From Candidatus Gottesmanbacteria bacterium (GTDB lineage Bacteria; Patescibacteriota; Microgenomatia; UBA10105; UBA927), in the NCBI GenBank assembly GCA_963714095.1, contig OY970230.1, forward strand, positions 388,740-452,739: 64,000 bases of DNA. Reading direction: 5' to 3'. The position numbers and the translations under genes were made by a program. The notes beneath the pieces were generated by a model. That model was not told the origin of the DNA. It saw only the letters and a list, made by a program, of their open reading frames with translations, and did not search any database. Numbering within the stretch: the stretch's first letter is position 1; each line of letters opens with the position of its first letter. Positions 1-9,366 of this stretch are shown here, piece by piece.

Positions 1-2
1 TA

Positions 3-245
3 CGCCGCGTTGAACGGCTTATCCGCCTTGCTAAAATAATTGAACCGACCCGCATAAAAATCTCTGACGGAACACAGGAATACGAATACGAAATAGTCGG
101 AGGGTTTGAATCGGACCCGGTCAAACATACAATTTCGCAGCAATCTCCGTTAGGCCGCGCAGTCGCAGGGAAAAAAACCGGTGATAGTATAGACGTGCAT
201 ACACCCAGCGGAATTAAAAAATATACAATTGTATCGATTTCTTAA
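3..245 (+). CDS. greA: Transcription elongation factor GreA, C-terminal fragment (5' end outside the window)
   Basis: Frame 3 translates to ...SQQSPLGRAVAGKKTGDSIDVHTPSGIKKYTIVSIS*, the typical GreA C-terminal FKBP-like domain. The stop is at 243-245. Confidence 0.8.
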   Translation, partial: RRVERLIRLAKIIEPTRIKISDGTQEYEYEIVGGFESDPVKHTISQQSPLGRAVAGKKTGDSIDVHTPSGIKKYTIVSIS

Positions 246-1054
246 TCCGGTAATCGAATCGTCCCTTTTTCCCGTTTAACCAAACCGTCTTTTACTAACC
301 CATCGATAATTGATGAAAGGAATTTTGATGGTTTATGAAACTTTTTCTGTAGATCAAGTTCACCTATATCTCCCACACGCAACATATCTATAATTCTCCC
401 GCGAAAATATCTATTGGTTTCTTTAAACGGAATTCCGTCGGATTTCCTTATTTTTTTTATTTTTAACTTCGGCATTTCGATAGCACCATAATCCATGAGT
501 GCCTGATGCCATTCCCAAGACATGCGCGCGGGCACTAGTTGATCTGCAACTTTCTGAATAACCGGGGGTTTTTGATCGATATCGTGAAAAAAGAAATGGA
601 TAATAATCTTCCGGATGTTTATATCGACTGCTGCAATATTTTGTTTAAATGCGAATACTAATAGTGCTCGAGCAGTATATGTACCCAAACCAGGTAGTTT
701 AACAAGCTCTTCTTCATTATCCGGAAATTCTGCGCCGAATTGCGTTGTAATTATTTCTGCAGTTTTTTTCAGATACAAAGCCCTGCGGTTATACCCCATC
801 CCCTTCCACATCCGAAGAATATCGGCGGTCGAAGCTTGAGCTAAATCTGAAACCGTTGGATACGCTTGAATGAACTCGGAATACTTAGGGATGACCCTAA
901 ATACCTGCGTCTGCTGGAGCATAACCTCGGAAACAAGAATCTTGTACGGATCGTGCGTGCGGCGCCACGACAAATCCCGTTTATTACGTTTCCACCAATC
1001 AAAAATCATATTTTGGAACGGAAGAATTTCTTTTTTCTCCATACTTCGGCTCAT
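242..1054 (-). CDS. HhH-GPD DNA glycosylase, MutY/EndoIII family (short form)
   Basis: VSEVMLQQTQV...LPGLGTYTA matches the MutY helix-hairpin-helix/GPD region. It lacks the 4-Cys Fe-S loop and the NUDIX domain. Confidence 0.75.
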   Translation of the reverse strand: MSRSMEKKEILPFQNMIFDWWKRNKRDLSWRRTHDPYKILVSEVMLQQTQVFRVIPKYSEFIQAYPTVSDLAQASTADILRMWKGMGYNRRALYLKKTAEIITTQFGAEFPDNEEELVKLPGLGTYTARALLVFAFKQNIAAVDINIRKIIIHFFFHDIDQKPPVIQKVADQLVPARMSWEWHQALMDYGAIEMPKLKIKKIRKSDGIPFKETNRYFRGRIIDMLRVGDIGELDLQKKFHKPSKFLSSIIDGLVKDGLVKREKGTIRLPD

Positions 1055-1071
1055 TATAGTACAATAGGTAC

Positions 1072-1932
1072 ATGAAATCCGGTGTTGTTGCTCTTATCGG
1101 CCGGCCGAATGTCGGTAAATCCACGCTCCTTAATACCCTACTGGGACACAAGGTGTCCATTACCTCGCCAAAGCCGCAAACCACGCGGTTTAATATCCAG
1201 GCGGTTTATGAGGATGACCGCGGACAAATTATTTTCGTGGACACACCAGGAATATTCGCAAGGACCCCGGATACGCTTTCCAAACGGATCAATGCCCGTG
1301 CGGAAGAGTCTCTTGTGAGCGGCATAGACGTCGTTGTCTACATGGTGGACCATACGCGTGAGCGGGATACCGAGGAAAACAAGGCTCTGGGAATTGTCCG
1401 AAAATTTGATGGGCCGAAGATTCTCGTTATCAATAAAACCGATATCCATACACCGACTCACATCGTGCAGTATAAATTTTTGGAAGACGAATTTACGACG
1501 GTTATCATGCTCTCTGCCCTTGCGCACAAAAACACCAATATCCTTTTAACCACTCTTTTTGACCTCCTCCCTGAGGGAAAACAATTGGTAGACAGGGGCA
1601 CGCTCGCCCAACCGGCACTCAATATGGACAGTAAATTATTTATCTCAGAAATCATCCGCGAAAAAGCGTTCTTGTTCCTGCGGGATGAAGTCCCTTACAC
1701 TCTCGCGTCAACAGTCGATGAAATTATCGAACGGGATAACGGCGTTGTATATATAAAAGCGAAAATAATTACGAGTGCTGACCGGTATAAAGCGATGATC
1801 ATAGGAAAAGCCGGCGTAATGATTAAGGAAATAAGCCAGGCGGCACGAAAAGAATTGGAAACTGCGTCGAGTAAAAAAGTATATCTGGAATTAACAGTCG
1901 TCACCGACCCGCACTGGATGGAATACGTGTAA
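1072..1932 (+). CDS. era: GTPase Era
   Basis: GRPNVGKSTLLN P-loop, DTPG motif and a C-terminal KH domain. 286 aa. Confidence 0.9.
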   Translation: MKSGVVALIGRPNVGKSTLLNTLLGHKVSITSPKPQTTRFNIQAVYEDDRGQIIFVDTPGIFARTPDTLSKRINARAEESLVSGIDVVVYMVDHTRERDTEENKALGIVRKFDGPKILVINKTDIHTPTHIVQYKFLEDEFTTVIMLSALAHKNTNILLTTLFDLLPEGKQLVDRGTLAQPALNMDSKLFISEIIREKAFLFLRDEVPYTLASTVDEIIERDNGVVYIKAKIITSADRYKAMIIGKAGVMIKEISQAARKELETASSKKVYLELTVVTDPHWMEYV

Positions 1933-3304
1933 GCGTTTCCTCTTTCCCTAAAATTGCCATAGATTCCAGAAGCGGCGGGCCGACGGTTTTACCGGTGACG
2001 GCGACACGAAGTTCCATAAATACGTCCCCTGCTTTTAACTTCGCTGCGTCGGCCCCGTCGCGGATCGACTTTTCCATCGCGTCGTGAGTCCATGCACTCT
2101 CCGTAAGCGCTTTTCTTCCGATTGCAAGAATATTTTTTTTGAGCGGCCGCTCATACGCTTTCGGCCGTGCGAAGAAAAATCCTGCAAGCGAATCAAACTC
2201 CGATAAGAGTTTCATCCGGTCTTTCACAAGAGGAATAATTTTAGCAAGTAATTCTCTATCAAACTTTTTATCGGGATAAAAATCATGGAGAAGGGTCTGA
2301 ATGTCTTTATCTGATTTTATCCGCATGTACTCTCCGTTCATCCAACGCAATTTTTCGGCATCAAAAATAGGTGCTGTCGTCTGAATATTTTCCAGTTTAA
2401 ATTCATGAGTCATCTCTTCTACTGAAAATATATCGCGCCCACCCGGGAACGCCCACGCCATCGTGGCCAAATAGTTTTTAATCGCGTCCGGCAGGAACCC
2501 TTTTGCCTTATAATCCGATATCCATACGGGATTTTTACGTTTACTTAATTTACTGCGGTCGGGATTCCGAAGTACCGAAACGTGAGCAAATTTGGGCAAC
2601 TCCCACTCAAAAAATTTATATAGTAATATGTGCTTTGGGGTCGAAGAAATCCATTCTTCCCCGCGGATAATATGAGAAATTTTCATGATGTGATCATCAA
2701 CAACAACACCTAGGTGATACGTCGGAAATCCATCGGATTTTAAAAGCACCTGGTCATCAATCAATTTATTTTCAAAAGATATATCGCCGCGGATAATATC
2801 GTGAAACGCCGTAATACCGTCATCGGGAACGTTGAGCCTGATAACGTACTTCTCTCCTGACTCCACACGTTTTTTTGCATCTTTGACGCTGATTGTTTTA
2901 CACAGACCGTCATACATCGGAGGAAGATGCTTCGCCTCCTGATCTTTGCGCATAGCCGCCAGCCGCTCGGAAGCACAAAAACAATAGTATGCATGTCCCT
3001 TGGTAACCAGTTCTTCCGCATATTTTTTATACAACTCCAGCCGCTGTGACTGCCGGTACGGCGCAAAAGGGCCTCCGATATCCGGCCCCTCGGCGTAGGG
3101 AATCCCGAGCCACTTGAGTGACGCCAGTATCCGGTTTTCTGACCCTTTAACAAGCCGCGTGCGATCCGTATCTTCCACCCGAATAATAAACTGGCCGTTA
3201 TGAGCGCGGGCGAAGACGTAGTTTATAAGGGCCGTATATGCGTTACCGATGTGGAGGTCGAGGCCAGTCGGGGACGGAGCAATACGGGTTCGTACAACAC
3301 TCAT
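1901..3304 (-). CDS. gltX: Glutamate--tRNA ligase
   Basis: RFAPSPTG...HIGN (HIGH motif) and KLSKR (KMSKS motif). The start is trimmed to the internal Met at 3304; the track ORF extends further upstream. Confidence 0.9.
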   Translation of the reverse strand: MSVVRTRIAPSPTGLDLHIGNAYTALINYVFARAHNGQFIIRVEDTDRTRLVKGSENRILASLKWLGIPYAEGPDIGGPFAPYRQSQRLELYKKYAEELVTKGHAYYCFCASERLAAMRKDQEAKHLPPMYDGLCKTISVKDAKKRVESGEKYVIRLNVPDDGITAFHDIIRGDISFENKLIDDQVLLKSDGFPTYHLGVVVDDHIMKISHIIRGEEWISSTPKHILLYKFFEWELPKFAHVSVLRNPDRSKLSKRKNPVWISDYKAKGFLPDAIKNYLATMAWAFPGGRDIFSVEEMTHEFKLENIQTTAPIFDAEKLRWMNGEYMRIKSDKDIQTLLHDFYPDKKFDRELLAKIIPLVKDRMKLLSEFDSLAGFFFARPKAYERPLKKNILAIGRKALTESAWTHDAMEKSIRDGADAAKLKAGDVFMELRVAVTGKTVGPPLLESMAILGKEETLTRIPSSAGR

Positions 3305-3350
3305 ACTGTTGATTCTACCACGTCCGAACCGTATACTTAAATATATATCC

Positions 3351-4403
3351 ATGGCTACACTCACTGAAACTGCCTATTATGCCAGACGTACCGTTAATTG
3401 GGCGATCTTAGCCGTCATCGCATATATACTGCTTCGCATTTTTTGGAGTATTTTTATTGCGGTATTTTTACTTATCTTTCCACCAAAAGCCCCGCCCCCC
3501 AATCACCTTTTCGGAAAATTACCGGCGCTGGTATTTCCCGCTGCTGCAACCCCGTCAGCAAGACTAACCTTTCAATTACAAACCATTGAAGGAACAGTCC
3601 CCGCCGCTTCCGTATCGGCAACCGTCTATTTCATGCCAAAAACCGCTCCGAATCTCCTCGGACTCAATACAGCTCAAAGTTTTGCATCAAGTTTCGAATT
3701 TGACCCCACTCCGGTTCAGGAAAGTAAGAATATTTACCGGTTTAATGATCCTGCACTCCCTTTGAGGACACTCAGATATGACATAGTATCCAATAATTTT
3801 ATTATCCGTTATGCATTCGAGCAGGATCCCTCAATTTTTAGCGAAAAAAACCTCCCGTCACAGGAAGACGGCACAAACGAAGCAGTTAATTTATTACGGA
3901 TGCACAATATATATCCCGATGACATTGCGGGGGGGACAAATGAGATAACGGCTTTAAAACTCAACGGAACGCAACTGGTCACCACAACGAGTCTTTCGCA
4001 GGCAGACGCGGAACGAATAGATTTTTTCCGGAAACCCATCGGGGACACATCTGTGTTCACCCCGGACCCGAATCAAGCCCCGATATCTATCATTTTCAGC
4101 GGATCGTCCGACACAAAGAAACAGGTTATCCAATTGGCATATACATTCTGGCCGATAGATTATGAAACAACGGCAACATATGGGCTTAAAACCAGCGAGC
4201 AGGCATGGGAGGAATTGCAAAATGGAGGCGGATATATCGCCAGATATCCGACGAGCGGAAACCTTGCGGTGGTACGGAACGTCTATCTTGGCTACTACGA
4301 TTCATTGGATGCGCAAACGTACCTGCAGCCGATCTTTGTTTTTGACGGAGATAACGGTTTCCGCGCGTATGTCCCAGCTGTTGCTCCACCGTGGACGGAA
4401 TAG
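3351..4403 (+). CDS. Hypothetical membrane-anchored extracytoplasmic protein
   Basis: ATG at 3351 is followed by one hydrophobic transmembrane helix and then a roughly 300-aa domain with no motif I recognise. The track ORF start at 3249 overlaps gltX. Confidence 0.5.
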   Translation: MATLTETAYYARRTVNWAILAVIAYILLRIFWSIFIAVFLLIFPPKAPPPNHLFGKLPALVFPAAATPSARLTFQLQTIEGTVPAASVSATVYFMPKTAPNLLGLNTAQSFASSFEFDPTPVQESKNIYRFNDPALPLRTLRYDIVSNNFIIRYAFEQDPSIFSEKNLPSQEDGTNEAVNLLRMHNIYPDDIAGGTNEITALKLNGTQLVTTTSLSQADAERIDFFRKPIGDTSVFTPDPNQAPISIIFSGSSDTKKQVIQLAYTFWPIDYETTATYGLKTSEQAWEELQNGGGYIARYPTSGNLAVVRNVYLGYYDSLDAQTYLQPIFVFDGDNGFRAYVPAVAPPWTE

Positions 4404-5369
4404 TTAATGCGAGGGTCCCAAAACATTCCACTGATAATTTCCAAAAACCCAGTCGATCAGCTTTGATGTATCGCCAAAACGGTCCTGGCTGTGAAGAACT
4501 ACGGTAATTACCCTATGACCATTTCGCTCCACCAGGGTTATCAGGTTCTCCCCAGCCTCTTCCGTCCATCCTGTTTTGATCCCGCCCACACCCGGTATTT
4601 TACCCAACAATTCATTCACATTAGTCAAATGATGAAAGTAAATATGTGTCACGTCAGAAATGGTAATCTCCGGTATGGCCACCATCTTTGCGATCGTTTT
4701 ATTGTTGAGAGCGGCTTCACCCAATAAGGCTAAATCCATCGGCGTCATTTTATGATTCGGGTCATCGTACCCCACGGGATTAGTAAATGTACTGTGTGTG
4801 AGATGTAATTCTTTCGCCTTCGCGTTCATCGCTTCGACAAATTTCGGTTCTCCGCCGGGATAATAGTCTGCAAGCGCCCATGCGGCATCGTTACCTGAAT
4901 AAATAAGCGCCCCGTAGAGTAAATTTTCAACCGTGATCTGTTCACCCGGCACCAACCCCATAGACTGACCATCAATATTCATTTGCTTAATCGTCACCAC
5001 ATCATCAAGATTATAATTATCCAGTGCTACCAACGCAGTCAGAAGTTTCGTCGTAGAGGCGGGAGACAGTTCTTCGTTCTCATTGCGTTTATAAAGGTAT
5101 ACACCGGAATCTATATCTAAAACAACCACGCCGGTTGCAGTAATTTCCGATCCGGGATACACACCTGTTATATTCACGGGATACGGCGCCGGGGTGGGAA
5201 TTGCAATTGACCAAGGGGGCAATACGTGCTCTTCGGAGCCTCCGGCCATCAGATATATATTCTGCCCCGGAGATAACACAATAAAGATTGCTAACAATAG
5301 AAGAAATAAAATTTTCCCCCATGAGACTCGCCACCATGGGGTATGTTTACCGGATTTTTGCTTTGCCAT
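4404..5369 (-). CDS. D-alanyl-D-alanine carboxypeptidase (serine-type, PBP5-like)
   Basis: SxxK (SPASTTKLL), SxN (YSGND) and KTG (KTGWTEEAG) motifs, plus an N-terminal signal anchor. Confidence 0.8.
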   Translation of the reverse strand: MAKQKSGKHTPWWRVSWGKILFLLLLAIFIVLSPGQNIYLMAGGSEEHVLPPWSIAIPTPAPYPVNITGVYPGSEITATGVVVLDIDSGVYLYKRNENEELSPASTTKLLTALVALDNYNLDDVVTIKQMNIDGQSMGLVPGEQITVENLLYGALIYSGNDAAWALADYYPGGEPKFVEAMNAKAKELHLTHSTFTNPVGYDDPNHKMTPMDLALLGEAALNNKTIAKMVAIPEITISDVTHIYFHHLTNVNELLGKIPGVGGIKTGWTEEAGENLITLVERNGHRVITVVLHSQDRFGDTSKLIDWVFGNYQWNVLGPSH

Positions 5370-7172
5370 TTATTTTTGTTTTGAAAATTTACCCACAGTC
5401 GGATGCGCCACCTTCTCAAAATCTTTTTCTTTCATGCGGACTGATTTGGTATGCAAACCAGCATTAAATGCTATTTCATCATTATCTCTCATCGCCTCGT
5501 CCACATAGAGCGGAATACTAAAAATGTTGCCGAAAGGAGGCACGGCCCCGATTGGCACCCCCGTAATATTTTTTACTTCATCCGGTGACGCCATCCTGAG
5601 GTCGCGGATATCGAAAGCATTTTTAAACATTTTTGTATCTACTTTGAGATCAGCAGGAAGTGTCAGCATAACCGGTTTTTCGTCTGCAAACATCACCAGG
5701 GCCTTTGCCCCTTCATGGAGCGGCGTGTTGCGGATTTTCGCCGCCTCTTCCGATGTCTTCACCGGCTCGTGTTCATACGATTCAAAAATACACGAATTCT
5801 TTTTCAATAGAGCAGTAATCTGAGCAAATACTTCATCTCCCGTTATAGATTTGGTAACCTGCGAAAGTCTTTCATCAATCCGTTCCATATCTCTTGGGAA
5901 TATGCAGGCTTCGCGGATGTTGGGAAGCTGTAAAATCTGCATGGTTATCCGTTCCGCGCCGAACGCAAATCCCCCTTCCGGCGGCACCCCGTATTTAAAC
6001 GCTTCGAGAAACATGCTGATTTTGGCCGGATCCATGTTCCATTCTCTCACGTGACCCATTAGTTGATCAAAATCATTGATTCTCCGCCCGCCGGATAACC
6101 ATTCGATACCGCGGCACAGTAAATCCATTCCTTCGTTATATTCCGGATTTTCAGGGTTGGGGTACACATAAAACGGTTTCTTTTTTGTCGGATATCCGTA
6201 TACAAAGACAAAATCGCTCCCCGTTTCCTCTTTTATAATTTCCGAAAGTTCCCGCTCGTCTTCCGGGTTAAGATCTTTCTGGCCGCGCACATCACGATTC
6301 TTTTTTTCAAATATTTTTTGTTGTGCCTCCTGGAGGCTTATCGTAGGCGTCTTCTCTGTCATTTTCGGAAGCATTGCCGCAAATAACGCTAACTCCTTTT
6401 TACAATCTTTTGCAACAGAACGAAGAATATGGCGTACGACTGACTCTGCCATATCGCGTACATCCTTCCAGGAATCAATAAAACACATTTCCGCGTCCAG
6501 CGACACGACTTCCGTAAGATGCCTGGTCGTCACGGACGGTTCTGCGCGGAAAATTTTATTCACCGAAAATACGCGTTCAAATGCGCTCATGACAATTTGC
6601 TTATACAGCTGAGGACTTTGGGATAAGTACGCTTTATGACCGAAATAGTCTACTTCAAACACGTCTGCTCCCCCTTCGGCGACTGCCGGAACAATTGACG
6701 GAGCCTGAAATTCTATAAAGTCCTGCGATTTCAAATACTGCCGGAACGCATCAATGACAACTGCCTGAATCCGGAAAATCGCCTGCACTTTCGGGTGCCG
6801 CAGTGTCAGCGCCCGGTGGTCAAGTAATGTCGGGAGTTCCAAATTAAGCTCCTCTCCCCCCATATCAAACGGAAGTGGCGCGGCGCGGGCCAGAATTCTC
6901 ACCTCTTTTGCTTCCACTTCAATTGTACCCGTGGCTATTTTAGGATTCACCATAGTCTCGGGCCGAAGTTTAACCAACCCCACAATTTCTATGGCATATT
7001 CCGGCCGGACATCAGCAAGGGCCTTTGTTGAGATTATTTGCACAATACCGGTTCTATCCCGCAGATCCAAAAACATAATCTTCCCGTGATCCCTTCTGCT
7101 ATTGACCCATCCTTGAAGTTTTATTTCTTTACCGATGTGGTTAACTGTATCGCTGCTTAATATCCTGTTCAT
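5370..7172 (-). CDS. aspS: Archaeal/eukaryotic-type aspartyl-tRNA synthetase fused to a C-terminal YbaK/ProX-like aminoacyl-tRNA deacylase domain
   Basis: OB-fold GWVNSRRDHGKIMFLDLRDRTG, QSPQLYKQ, motif 3 GFAFGAERITMQIL and the FPRD end. A linker follows, then a domain matching E. coli YbaK (IFESYEHEP, GAKALVMF, GVPIGAVPPFG). The start is set at the internal Met MNRIL. Confidence 0.85.
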   Translation of the reverse strand: MNRILSSDTVNHIGKEIKLQGWVNSRRDHGKIMFLDLRDRTGIVQIISTKALADVRPEYAIEIVGLVKLRPETMVNPKIATGTIEVEAKEVRILARAAPLPFDMGGEELNLELPTLLDHRALTLRHPKVQAIFRIQAVVIDAFRQYLKSQDFIEFQAPSIVPAVAEGGADVFEVDYFGHKAYLSQSPQLYKQIVMSAFERVFSVNKIFRAEPSVTTRHLTEVVSLDAEMCFIDSWKDVRDMAESVVRHILRSVAKDCKKELALFAAMLPKMTEKTPTISLQEAQQKIFEKKNRDVRGQKDLNPEDERELSEIIKEETGSDFVFVYGYPTKKKPFYVYPNPENPEYNEGMDLLCRGIEWLSGGRRINDFDQLMGHVREWNMDPAKISMFLEAFKYGVPPEGGFAFGAERITMQILQLPNIREACIFPRDMERIDERLSQVTKSITGDEVFAQITALLKKNSCIFESYEHEPVKTSEEAAKIRNTPLHEGAKALVMFADEKPVMLTLPADLKVDTKMFKNAFDIRDLRMASPDEVKNITGVPIGAVPPFGNIFSIPLYVDEAMRDNDEIAFNAGLHTKSVRMKEKDFEKVAHPTVGKFSKQK

Positions 7173-7178
7173 GCACTC

Positions 7179-7207
7179 ATTGTACTTGCCTAAACGCCTA
7201 TTGACAA
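7179..7207 (-). promoter_or_regulatory. Sigma70-like promoter (TTGTCA-17-TACAAT) ending 6 nt before the AspRS ATG (leaderless)
   Basis: On the minus strand the sequence reads cTTGTCAat aggcgtttaggcaag TACAAT gagtgc ATG. Confidence 0.5.
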
Positions 7208-7344
7208 GATGGAGTCTTATTGGTAAACTCTCTTTTGTATGTTTCAAACGCGCCAAATCAAATGTATTCGAGTTATTACCCTCCATCTTATTGGGGGAAG
7301 GTCGCGTGGTAGATAAATAAAAAGAAACTTTCAAAACCAAGCGA

Positions 7345-7369
7345 CCTCCCAAATATAGGGAGGTTTTTT
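7345..7369 (+). terminator. Rho-independent terminator-like hairpin (CCTCCC-aaatata-GGGAGG + T6). The 3' arm is a perfect SD for a 6-codon mini-ORF at 7370
   Basis: cctcccaaatatagggaggttttttATGagtaaatactatgtgTAA. Confidence 0.55.
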
Positions 7370-7382
7370 ATGAGTAAATACT

Positions 7383-7748
7383 ATGTGTAATGTAGAATCA
7401 GCATATAAAAGACTCACAGGATTGAATCCTCGAAAAGATATTGAACCTCCGTTGCAGGGTGCAGCGCTCGTAAAATCGCTAAAGCAATTACGAAATCCAA
7501 TACCATCAGACGGGGAAATCTTTACAAGGAATACAATAGCACAATATGAAATACTCGAAACTGGAAACGCTTCAGGTGAACAATTTATGCTGGTAGGACG
7601 CCGATTTGAAGACGGTAGATTAGAAGCAACTTTTGTTTTTGGACACAGACTGCAACCTAACACGGTACTTGAAAACATAGATCTAATAGAAAAAGATCGC
7701 TGGGTACCATATACAGAAGAAAACAATAATAGCTTTAGTAGCTTCTAA
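7383..7748 (+). CDS. Hypothetical protein (121 aa)
   Basis: Only ORF evidence; no recognisable motifs. Confidence 0.4.
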   Translation: MCNVESAYKRLTGLNPRKDIEPPLQGAALVKSLKQLRNPIPSDGEIFTRNTIAQYEILETGNASGEQFMLVGRRFEDGRLEATFVFGHRLQPNTVLENIDLIEKDRWVPYTEENNNSFSSF

Positions 7749-7749
7749 A

Positions 7750-9348
7750 TTATGGAATTTGAATATCTTTAATTTTTAATTGCAATTTTTTACTGCCATT
7801 CCAGACGTTCATGTCGATGGTATAGGCTATATCAATCACAGTGCCGTTCTTCAGTTTGGGAGACAAATTGCCCATCCCGAAAGCGATCGCGTCTATAGAA
7901 GACAGCCTCAATTTGAGGTGTTTGCCGTCTGCGCCGACCAACCTGGTCTCCGAAACGGTAACACCGTTTGATGCAAATACCGGCTCGGGGCTGCCGAAAC
8001 CAAAGGGTTCAAATTCCCGAAGTTTTTGCCACAATTCGCCCGTCACTGAAGTAATCGGAAGCTCCGTGTCAATTCTCAGTTCTCGGGTTAACAGTTCATC
8101 TGTCAGTTTTTTATCTGCAATTTTTTCCAATCGCATCTGTAACTCGGCGATATTTTTTGTTTCAACCGTAAAACCTGCCGCCATCGGGTGGCCGCCGACA
8201 TCAACCAGAAGGTCGCTGCAGCTTTTTATTGCCTCCACAATATTAAATCCCGTGATAGATCGCGCCGATCCTTTTGACACCGCTTCCCCGCGGGAAATGA
8301 CGATTGCCGGACGGTAGTATTCTTCGACTAACTTCCCGGCCACCAGACCGATAACCCCGGGATTATATGTTTCATGGGTTACGAATAATAATTTCGGCAA
8401 TCCCTCTTTTGAATGTTCTTTCACTATATTTTTCGCATGAAGTGATGTATCAATCGTCAACTGTTGGCGCTCTTTGTTGGTTAACCCGAGCGTCCGAGCC
8501 AAAACGACTGCCTTATCTTCCCTGTGTGTACACAACAGACGAAGTGCATCCATCGCATGAACGAGTCTGCCCATCGCGTTAAGTCTCGGGGCCAATACGT
8601 GAGAAATATCATACGGAGTAAGCTCACCCGCTACGACTCCGGCGTCACGCATCAAAGCCAGCAGCCCCACCCGCTTTGTTTTATTGAGCTCCAGCAGTCC
8701 GAATTTTACGATCGAACGGTTCGCGCCTGTAAGAGGCACGAGATCCGCAATGGTTCCGATTGCGGCAAGAGCAATATCGGGTGAACCAATCTCTTTTGAT
8801 ACAAACCAAGATACCCCTGCTCCGCAGAGCGCTGTCGTATGGACAATAGTACAATTCGGAAGTTTGTCAGGTTTTACATGGTGATCAGTGACAATAACGT
8901 CAATCCCCAATGATTTTGCATATTCAACGAATTTATACGCGGTAATTCCGTGGTCAACCGTAATAATGAGTGATGGATCATATTGCTGCCGCACCGCATC
9001 TATACCTTTAATAGATAACCCATACCCCTCCTCTACTCTATGGGGAATGTAGGGCATAACATTCCCCGCAATCGCGTGTATCGTCTCCCACATAATGGCC
9101 CCCGCAGTTATCCCGTCCGCGTCATAATCCGCATACACGACGATAGACTCTTTATTTTTTACGGCTTTACGAATTCTTGCAACGGCTTGTTTCAATGCGG
9201 TCTGATTTATACCCACGTCTTTTGACGTAAATTCCGAAGGGTCTTTTGGATGAAGAAAGTTCCCGCTATCCGTGATGTCTCTGTTTTTTAAAAGAACCGC
9301 AATAATATCGTCACTTGGTTTATGTAAAATTTTCCACTTCTTCCCCAT
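7750..9348 (-). CDS. recJ: Single-stranded-DNA-specific exonuclease RecJ
   Basis: DHH motifs (DVIVTDHH) and DHHA1 (GGHPMAAG). 532 aa. Confidence 0.9.
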   Translation of the reverse strand: MGKKWKILHKPSDDIIAVLLKNRDITDSGNFLHPKDPSEFTSKDVGINQTALKQAVARIRKAVKNKESIVVYADYDADGITAGAIMWETIHAIAGNVMPYIPHRVEEGYGLSIKGIDAVRQQYDPSLIITVDHGITAYKFVEYAKSLGIDVIVTDHHVKPDKLPNCTIVHTTALCGAGVSWFVSKEIGSPDIALAAIGTIADLVPLTGANRSIVKFGLLELNKTKRVGLLALMRDAGVVAGELTPYDISHVLAPRLNAMGRLVHAMDALRLLCTHREDKAVVLARTLGLTNKERQQLTIDTSLHAKNIVKEHSKEGLPKLLFVTHETYNPGVIGLVAGKLVEEYYRPAIVISRGEAVSKGSARSITGFNIVEAIKSCSDLLVDVGGHPMAAGFTVETKNIAELQMRLEKIADKKLTDELLTRELRIDTELPITSVTGELWQKLREFEPFGFGSPEPVFASNGVTVSETRLVGADGKHLKLRLSSIDAIAFGMGNLSPKLKNGTVIDIAYTIDMNVWNGSKKLQLKIKDIQIP

Positions 9349-9366
9349 ACACGCTATAATACCAGT

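Noticed and set aside
3249-3350. Long N-terminal extensions in the track ORFs (3249, 5370..7352, 15194, 20451..21269, 22023..22910, 33411..34088, 34545..35909, 37059..37673, 38207..38815, 43532..44284, 56847..60335)
   Set aside because: These are read-through from upstream stops or TTG/GTG alternative starts. Starts were reset to internal Met codons that match conserved N-termini and avoid overlap with upstream genes.
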